Assembly: GCA_951406725.2 (NCBI GenBank)
Contig: OX597817.1
Coordinates: forward strand, 43,214,001-43,278,000
DNA: 64,000 nt
Reading direction: 5' to 3'
Origin: Octopus vulgaris
Lineage: Eukaryota
Position numbers and translations under genes: made by a program. Positions 54,659-64,000 of this stretch are shown here, piece by piece. The notes below the pieces were generated by a model. It was not told the DNA's origin. It did no database searches and worked only from the letters and a program-made list of their open reading frames with translations. Within the stretch, counting starts at the first letter, position 1. Each line of letters opens with the position of its first letter.

Positions 54659-55131
54659 AGACACCAGAAAAAAAAAAATAAATAATATATATATATATAT
54701 ATATGCGTGTGTGTGTATGTGTGTGTGTGTGTGAGTGTGCGTGTGCGTGCGTGTCTGTGTGTGTGTTTGTACCCCCACCATCGCTTGACAATAGATGCCG
54801 GTTTGTTAATTTCCCTATAACTTAGCGGTTCAGCAAAGAGACTGATAGAATAAGTATTAGGCTTACAAAAAATAAGTCTTGGGGTCGATTTGTTCGAGTA
54901 AAACCCTTTAAGGAATGCTGCAGTATGGCCGCAGTCAAATGACTGAAAGAAGTAAAATAATAAAAGAATATATATATATCTTTAATCCAAAATGGAGACG
55001 AACACAGATGTTCCATGTGATAGGTTTGATAATTGTTGAGGTATTCCTTAACATGAAACCAATGGTAGCCTTAATGCAGAAGTAAAGAATCTATATCCAC
55101 TAATGCAGTGTTGAGAACTCATCATCATAGT

Positions 55132-55181
<50 letters not shown>

Positions 55182-55254
55182 TATATATACGTATAGACAC
55201 ACACATATATACATTATATATATGTGTGTGCGTGTGTATATATATGCATACATA

Positions 55255-55370
55255 CAGGGTGGGCCATAATGATAGGTCACATTTTAAATGCTAGTATCTT
55301 GGATCATAAAAACGACAGAGTACCAAATATATAGAGTACCAAATGTATCTCGTCATTATGGCCCACCCTG
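55255..55370. mobile_element. 116-bp Tc1-like MITE
   Basis: CAGGGTGGGCCATAATGA / TCATTATGGCCCACCCTG; TA flanks. Confidence 0.75.
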
Positions 55371-55408
55371 TATATATACAGAAGAGAGAGAGAGAGAGAG
55401 AGAGAGAG

Positions 55409-55456
<48 letters not shown>

Positions 55457-55506
55457 GTATATATATATGATAGGTACTTGAAACTTCATTCTGTTTTTGC
55501 TTACAG

Positions 55507-55755
55507 CCGCACCTCCTCGTTGTGACCAAATTAGTTATGAACCGTGTCGACAATACAGTTACAACTGGACTCGCATGGACGCTCAGATGAACACTTACAG
55601 CCAAGAGCAGGCTCTGTCAATGATGGATCAATTCATAGACACAGCATTACGGTTCCACTGCACTGGACCTGTAATACATCACTTCACCTGTTCATTATTC
55701 TTCCCCAAATGCGAAGATGGACGTATCATTATTCCCTGTGCTGCAAGATGCTATG
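55507..55755 (+). CDS. Host gene exon: Frizzled-type cysteine-rich domain (first 7 Cys)
   Basis: ttacag| ... G|gtaagt; 249 nt, phase 1-1; CDQISYEPCRQYSYNWT...FTCSLFFPKC...IPCAARC matches the FZ/CRD pattern C-x2-I-x4-C-x4-YN-x-T, C-x4-P-x-C, PC-x3-C. Confidence 0.9.
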
Positions 55756-56015
55756 GTAAGTCATATATACATTTATAAGTTATTCCTCTTTTAGTTATTT
55801 TGGTTCCAGCCTTTAGACTGCTGCGAAGCTTGATTATAGCCATGGGAGCTTGACCATAGCGATACTAGTTTCATATAACTACACTATTTTAGTGAGGCTC
55901 ATTTTATCGATTTCTGTTCATTGTATTGAGCTACATCACTACAAACTCATATCCCTGAATACATACGTAACACACGTGATAGATATATATTCATCAAATT
56001 GCACCTCATAGTTGA

Positions 56016-56083
56016 GGCTCCGACGAAGTTATAAGTTATAACTATGAGCCCACTGCATCTTATAGCCGAAACGGCTGTAAGCT
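56016..56083 (+). ncRNA. Degenerate hammerhead motif
   Basis: GGCT-CCGACGA-aGTTATAAG...CTTATAGCc-GAAAC-ggct-GTA-AGCT. Confidence 0.5.
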
Positions 56084-56107
56084 AATGAATCGGTTTTTCC
56101 TTTGTCA

Positions 56108-56161
<54 letters not shown>

Positions 56162-57246
56162 GGTTGATCCTCGAAGTGATCATGGGGTGGTTACCTCCCC
56201 TGTCAGTATATGTATATATCTGCACTCTTCCTACAGCATTAAGAGTATTTAACTCTTATTTCTAGCAATGTAGGTGCTTCGGCACTCTTAGTCACATTTA
56301 GTGACAATTGTACACACACACAAACACACACTGGTGTGAACAGTTCACTGATGAAGTGTTTGTTATATTTTAAGAAATTTTTTGCTACTTGAAGAATGCT
56401 TGTTTTAATCTAATGTCGCCTACGACATTATACTTCTCATGGAGATCGAATTTGATATATGTCCCACGGTGAGACGGTGCTGTGTAGGGTCCAGCAAGCG
56501 TCTGTTGTGAAATGATGATTACTAATGGAAGCACAAGACCCGAAGCTTTTGGGAGAGGGCTAGTCGATTACATCAGTCTAAGTTCTTGGTTGGTACTTCA
56601 TGTTATCGACAATTAAAGGATGAAAGATGAAGTTTACCTCGGCGGAATTTGAACTCAGAAAATAAGGAACCAGGCAAAATGCTTAGCAACATTTTGTCCG
56701 ACGCCTTAACGATTCATCCAGATCACTACCTTGTTAAATAATATTTTCTATTACAGGTACAAGCCCTGAAATTTGAGGGAAAGGGTTAGTAGTTTACATC
56801 AACAGGTACTTATTTCATCGACCCCGAAAAGATGGAAGCCAAATTCGATCTCAGTAAAATTTGAACCCAGAACGTAAAGACGTGCGAAATATTGCTAAGT
56901 AATTTGTCTGCCGTGTTCACAATTCTTCCAGCTTGCCGCTTTGTAAAATAATAATAAATTATAGGGTTTTTATTAATAAAATAGGTTATTTTGAGAAAAT
57001 TCAACATCGTAGATGATGCAGACAGTTTCTTACGCCTAGGATATGCAAACTTCTAAGTGAAATGCTTAACTTGTTGATGGAGTCACTCTCTCGTATCATT
57101 CGCTGATCTACGAAATTGAAATACATTACATAATGACATACTTGACATATTGGGTCTTCACATAAAAGAGTGCATTTCATATTAGCTACTGAGATGTGTC
57201 CAAACCGGTCTGCCACCTTTCGCAATATTTGTTCTCTTAGTGAGTA

Positions 57247-57662
57247 AGGCGGCGAGCTGGCAGAAACGTTAGCACGCCGGGCGAAATGCGTAGCAGTATT
57301 TCGTCTGCCGTTACGTTCTGAGTTCAAATTGCGCCGAGGTCGACTTTGTCTTTCATCCTTTCGGGGTCGATTATATAAGTACCAGTTACGCACTGGGGTC
57401 GATGTAATCGACTTAATCCGTTTGTCTGTCCTTGTTTGTCCCCTCTGTGTTTAGCCCCTTGTGGGTAGTAACGAAATAGGTATTTCGTCTGCCGTTACGT
57501 TCTGAGTTCAAATTCCGCCGAGGTCGACTTTGCCTTTCATCCTTTCGGGTCGATGAATTAAGTACCAGTTACGCACTGGGGTTGATGTAATCGACTTAAT
57601 CCCTCTGTCTGTCCTTGTTTGTCCCCTCTATGTTTAACCCCCTGTGGGCAATAAAGAAATAA
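57247..57662 (+). mobile_element. Same SINE family, two tandem units
   Basis: Near-identical to 33091-33490. Confidence 0.75.
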
Positions 57663-58374
57663 TTATTTGTTCTCCTGGTGAGTTATTACATTTCTTACTA
57701 AGTAGCGCTGAGCATGTTGATCTCTAGGTGAGATAAAGTATCAAATACCGTGCCCATCATTAATGTGTTAAATGTTGGCTTTGAAATTCATAACTACAGT
57801 AAGTCCAGGTGACGGGCTTCATGTGGAGAATACACTTATTGTAGTTTTAAAATGGTCCTAAGTCAGACGTTTGTGTTTTTCTATTTATTAAAACTTCTCC
57901 ATTTGTTGCACGGTTGTGTATATCGCCCAACGTTACATATTACGTTTTCCGAAAAAGGAAGTCAACATTTAGAAAACGCCATTAAATTTCAGATGAAGGG
58001 ATGCACCAATGGTCATAGTTAACGTATCGGTCTTTATCAAACAACTTAACCGTTGGATCGATGTGATTGGACATCGTGGCTTTCGTTGGTAGTCAAAAGC
58101 TACTGTAATAGCTGTGAACAACGAAGGTACTTAATCTAATTTTAAATCGTCGGACTTAGCAGTTCTCTTAAATGAGCTATTTCTTCAACTTTGTATAGTA
58201 TCTATCACACAAACAGTGACAGAAGACAGTGTATCATACCGGTAAATCTCTCCAATTGATTTTTGGGCTCCTCACCCACACACACTCGCGTGTAAACACA
58301 CGTATTCACACACATTAGGTACTTAAACGAATAGTATAAGTTTTCACCCAACACCGTATTTGTTCAGCCACAGG

Positions 58375-58430
<56 letters not shown>

Positions 58431-58707
58431 CACACACATGTACACACATGCACAGTGATATAGCTAAACAAATACCATTATCATTTTATCAGTCAATCAG
58501 CTGAATTTGTATCTGCTCAGTTAGATAACATGATTATATAGTCGACAGTCAGGCTTGGGTATTGATCTCTATCCTCTGTCAAGACTCTCAACGTGATATC
58601 GACTCCATCAAGAAGACATAATGGACAAAGTCTCATTAGATATGTTTCAATGATCTGACGTCTTCAATAAAACAACAGAAAATGGACATAATATATATAT
58701 GCATGTA

Positions 58708-58770
<63 letters not shown>

Positions 58771-59028
58771 GCGCGCATATATATGTGTATATGTGTATGA
58801 GTGTGTGTGTATATATATATTTGTGTGTGTGTGTATGTATGTATATATGTATATATATATTAATATATAAGCATGCACATAGACAGAGAAGTAGACGTAC
58901 ACGTAGAAACATACACTGGCGTACTCATTGACATATACACATGCTTTCACACAGACACTGAAGTAGATACTTAACATAAGTTCAGGTACATGCACAAACA
59001 GACTGAATATATATATATATATACACAC

Positions 59029-59230
<202 letters not shown>

Positions 59231-59324
59231 TTAATTTTACTCTGCTATGTATTGAGTACCTTACTTACTGTGGTTAACCCCGAATCAACCGATATATATA
59301 TATATATATATATATGCATGTATG

Positions 59325-59355
<31 letters not shown>

Positions 59356-59462
59356 ATGTATATATATATATATGTATATGTATATATATATATATGTATG
59401 TATGTATGTATATGTATATATATATATATGCATATATGTATGTATATGTATATATATACAGA

Positions 59463-60816
59463 CGGCTGATCTCCAACCAACATGGGTTCCGTAATGGAAG
59501 GGACTGCCTAACGCAGCTCCTGCATCACTTTGAGGACATTTTGAGAGCTTTGGGAGAGGGCTCCAACACCGATGTCATCTACCTTGATTTCAGTAAGGCC
59601 TTCGACAGGGTCGATCACAAGATCCTATTGAAAAAACTATCCAACATTGGTGTCTCTGGAAAGTTACTGAAATGGATTAAGTGTTTCCTGACAGACAGAT
59701 CTCAACATGTTGTAGTTGAAGGGGTAAAATCAAGCCCAGCCAAAGTCAGTAGTGGCGTTCCGCAAGGCACTGTGCTGGGCCCACTTCTTTTCATCATTTA
59801 CATTAATGACATTAATGACATCATCAAGCACAGCAACATAAAAATCTTTGCAGATGACTCCAAGCTACAGAAGGTCATAAATGAGGCGAGTGACCGGACA
59901 TGCCTTCAGTCAGATCTACTGGCTGTTATCCAATGGGCAGAAAAAAACAATATGCTGCTGAACGAGGATAAATTTGAGCTAATCCACTTTGGAAAAGAGG
60001 ATGCCCTGAAACTCCCATACTCCCTTCCTTCAGGTGAAACTCTCGCGGCGTCCAACAACATCAGAGACTTGGGAGTAATTGTGGACAACAACATAAGCTG
60101 GGCCACTCATATAAACACCAAAGTTGACATGGCCCGCAGAATGTGTTCCTGGATTCTCAGAACTTTCCAGTCGAGAGATATCCACACCATTATCCTTCTC
60201 TTCTCCACTTTTGCCCGACCCCACCTTGAATACTGTTGTCCACTGTGGTCTCCCCATACAATACAAGGTATCATAAAAGTCGAAGCACCTCAAAGGGCAA
60301 TCACAAAAAAGATAGATGGCATGACAGGCCTCGACTATTGGGGTCGACTAGAAAAGCTAAAACTCTATTCTCTCCAACGTCGTCGTGAGCGCTACATCAT
60401 CTGCATGATGTGGAAAATATTCCATCAGCATTGCCCAAATGATGTTGGCATCACCTTTAAGGTACATCCAAGGCTTGGGCCCCGTGCCCTCCGCCCAAAA
60501 CAAAAATCGCACTCTCCTCTCATAACAACAATACGGCACAATTATTTCACCTCAATTGGCCCCGCTCTCTTTAACATTACACCAAAACACATTAAAACAG
60601 AAACTGACCCTATAGGGTTCAAGAAGTCTTTGGACAGATTCCTTCAAGAAATCCCGGATAAACCCCCTACACCCGGATATGTCTCTGTAAACAATAACTC
60701 TCTACTTGAGTGGGCCATAGTGCCCAAATTCTGACTGGAAAGACTTCACCAGGTGGTGCTATTAAGTTAGACATGGCCTGGGCCAATAATGGCCGAAACC
60801 TATCAAAGTATCAAAG
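59463..60816 (+). mobile_element. Second CR1/L2-group LINE, 5'-truncated RT-to-3'-end fragment with uninterrupted frame
   Basis: [58 protein letters not shown]; stop at 60734; short (TATCAAAG)2 tail; in TA-rich microsatellite. Confidence 0.92.
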
Positions 60817-60914
60817 TATATATATATGTATGTATGTATATGTATATATATATGTATGTATGTATATGTATATATATGTATGTATGTATATGTATATATA
60901 TATATGTATGTATG

Positions 60915-60985
<71 letters not shown>

Positions 60986-61006
60986 GTATATGTATGTATG
61001 TATATG

Positions 61007-61039
<33 letters not shown>

Positions 61040-61056
61040 ATGTATGTATGTATATG

Positions 61057-61089
<33 letters not shown>

Positions 61090-61204
61090 ATATATGTATG
61101 TATATGTATGTATGTATGTATATGTATATATATATATATGTATATATATATATGTATATATATGTATGTATATATATATGTATGTATATATATATATATA
61201 TATA

Positions 61205-61261
<57 letters not shown>

Positions 61262-61608
61262 CCAATGAGATACAATATACAACAAGATTGTGTAAATTGA
61301 ATGTGAGAGCTAATTCCCATTTGCGGTCGGGGTCAGTCACACGGTAGGTTAGGTAACAGTGTGAAATTTCAGATGCTATATCTCTCAGTACAGTCATTCC
61401 ATTGTTATTTTGTGAAAACAAAAAACATTAAAATGAGAAAATATAGTGAGAGCCAGAATGTGCAGTTTGAAACAACTGACATGAATCTATATAAAGAAAA
61501 AGCGACGTCACTTTATCTGGAGAATAAAACTTCAAAAGTTTAGAGTTCCGCCTCGAATATGCACCGTATTTGCTGCTGTATAGGATGTGCTTTTTATAAC
61601 TATGTATA

Positions 61609-61842
61609 CAGGGTTGGTCAAAAGTCACATGATTGTAAATTACAACTATTTAATTCCAAGATTAAAACAAAAAAATAATTTAAATGAGACAAATGTTAAC
61701 TCTTCGGCCCCCACTTCCAACGGTGATTTTAAGTCACAGCATTCAGTTATTAAGCATTCATAATTGGAATGAATAAATAAAATTGAATATTAAGAGTTTA
61801 TGGAATTTTGATTCACTGTCGGGTGACTTTTGGCCAACCCTG
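61609..61842. mobile_element. Tc1-like MITE
   Basis: CAGGGTTGGTCAAAAGTCAC ... GTGACTTTTGGCCAACCCTG; TA flanks. Confidence 0.8.
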
Positions 61843-62538
61843 TATATCTAAAAGTTTCCTTGCATCTGATGCGGCGATGGTATGAACTGGAGTCCGAGTG
61901 ACCTCAGCTTAGGAGCTGGATAAGCGTTAGTCTGCTGGACGCAATACTTGTAGCTAGTAATGGTTTCAAATTTCGGCACCAGGTCAGAAATTTTTGAGGT
62001 GAGGGGAAAGTTAATTACACCGAACCCAGTTCTTGACTGGTACTTATTTTATCGATTATAAGAGGATGAAAGGCAAAGTCGATCTCGGTGGAATTTGAAT
62101 TTAGAACATAAAGACGGACGAAATGTCGCTAAGCAGTTTATCCGGTATGCTAACGGTTCTGCCAAAGTCGGAATATCACAGACTTACAAAAATTACTTAC
62201 GGTAGGGCGGGCATCATCGCATTATACCTCCTTTCCCTAGTAATATATAGCTCACACCTGATATGTGTTATACATTATTTAATGACTCTGTTGCCTTTAA
62301 GAAACATTTTAAAAATTATCTAAATGAAAACTTCTCCGAGAGAAATGAAAGGAATGCCAAACTTTCGCCCGTCTATCAGCTATTTGCAATGAGTGAAAGA
62401 CCACAAAAGTATGGCGATGGTGTACCACTCTGGCGAGCGATCACGATAACACAAAACATCATTGCTCAAAATATGAGTTTTATATCTTGTATGACAATTC
62501 TCTTCACCAAAATATAAACAACTATATAGTTGATCTTA

Positions 62539-62775
62539 AGGCGGCAAGCTGGCAGAAACGTTAGCACGCCAGGCGAAATGCTTAGGAGTATTTCGTCTGT
62601 CTTTACGTTCTGAGTTCAAATTCCGCCGAGGTCGACTTTGCCTTTCATCCTTTCGGGATCGATAAATTAAGTACCAGTTACGCACTGGGTCGATGTAATC
62701 GACTTAATCCTATTGTCTGTCCTTGTTTGTCCTCTCTGTGTTTCTGTGTTTAGCCCCTTGTGGGCAATAAAGAAA
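62539..62775 (+). mobile_element. Same SINE family, single unit
   Basis: Same head and body. Confidence 0.75.
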
Positions 62776-64000
62776 CATATATAGTTAATCTTAAAGAAGA
62801 TAAAATTCAAATACCGTGCTCATTTATCGTAGCTTATATATATAATAAATTTATGGTTTTCAGTATACTGTCACAATATTTTATTTACATGCAGAGAATC
62901 ATGCGTTTCCCATTACGAAACCACTTTAAAATATATTTCAATGCGTATAAAATAGGGGAGTATATTATGCGCCTGAAAATACAGTATTTAGTTCTCATAT
63001 TTTGTATTCATAAGTAGATAGAAGAGAAAAGCAACTGCTTTACTCATTGTCTCACAGGCTATAATTTAAATTCATTACCCCCACCATCCCAAAGCATTTG
63101 CTATGAAGTGATATCATTTCAGAATTAGAGCTGCTTGGATTAGGGCTAAAGTAACAGTTTTTAGATTAGAACAAAGGGCAAAGTTAAGAGAATAGGTTAA
63201 TATTAAGATCTGAAAATTTCTTCCTAGACACAGTTTCAAGGTTGAAGAATTCCCCCTTTCACGAATAGATTACACGTTTCAGTTCTCAAACACTAGTATC
63301 CGCGTACTCGCCGTTATCACATTCTAAGAACGCAAACAAGAAAGAAGATTAATCTTTGTAATTAATGAGAGTTTACAAAGCTGTCGACATTCTATAAGAC
63401 CTGAATATGCTTCAGAATGACTTCTTCACCCATCTTTTGTGACCTCTTATTTAAACATCTTTACTGAAATTATGAACAGACTCCATCATTTTCTTTGTCA
63501 CATTATCATGCAGTATAACGATTCATTGCTTCATATAATTTGCTTTCAAAGAAATAGAAATTCTGATCTGAATCTTCTTGACCTGCTTTCATCTAGTTTG
63601 TCTCCTGCTAAAATGCTTCTCAGTATTATGATACGCATTCTTTAGTTTGCACTCGAGATCTATAATCGTTACAAATAATAAGTCCTTAGAACCATTGCCA
63701 ACTCTCTGAAGTAAGGTCCTGATTTGAATTTACTGCCATTCAAAACACTTCAAAATCAATTTACCATTTAATCTGGCACGAAGAATATTTTCAATCGTTT
63801 CAAATTTGGAAAGGAAGAACAAAAGACTCCAAGAATTAAAACAAATACTACTTAATGTAAAATACTCAACAACGTGCCAAAGCAATGGACATTAAAAAAA
63901 TTACAAAGAACAACAACAAAAAATACAAAACGAAGCAAAACAAAAAACAAAACAATCTCAATACACCAAATGCTCTACGTTACGTAAGAACAATACACAA

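Overview
AT-rich, microsatellite- and repeat-dense animal genomic DNA. The repeat families, (TA)n/(TACA)n load and intron sizes suggest an octopod cephalopod (inference). One + strand host gene spans the window. Seven exons join in frame through GT-AG sites with consistent phases (3409-3745, 5256-5285, 34338-34447, 41599-41660, 42852-43066, 45231-45899, 55507-55755). They encode a type II membrane protein: cytoplasmic N-terminus, one TM helix, SEA domain with a GSISV motif, Ser/Thr/Asn-rich stalk, and the first part of a Frizzled-type cysteine-rich domain. It is corin/TTSP-like and the C-terminal exons were not found in the window. The introns contain a head-to-tail Helitron array with a RepHel remnant and a nested second Helitron, an R4/Dong-like LINE in (TAA)n, two CR1-group LINE fragments in (TA)n, mariner/Tc1/pogo/hAT-type MITEs and many tRNA-derived SINEs. 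The most notable signal not explained by the ORFs is a set of type I hammerhead ribozyme motifs in several unrelated short repeats. One is essentially perfect (27791-27860, minus strand). Several sit in inverted, Penelope-like arrangements, and one family carries a tRNA-like head. Almost all ORFs in the supplied track are microsatellite artefacts.
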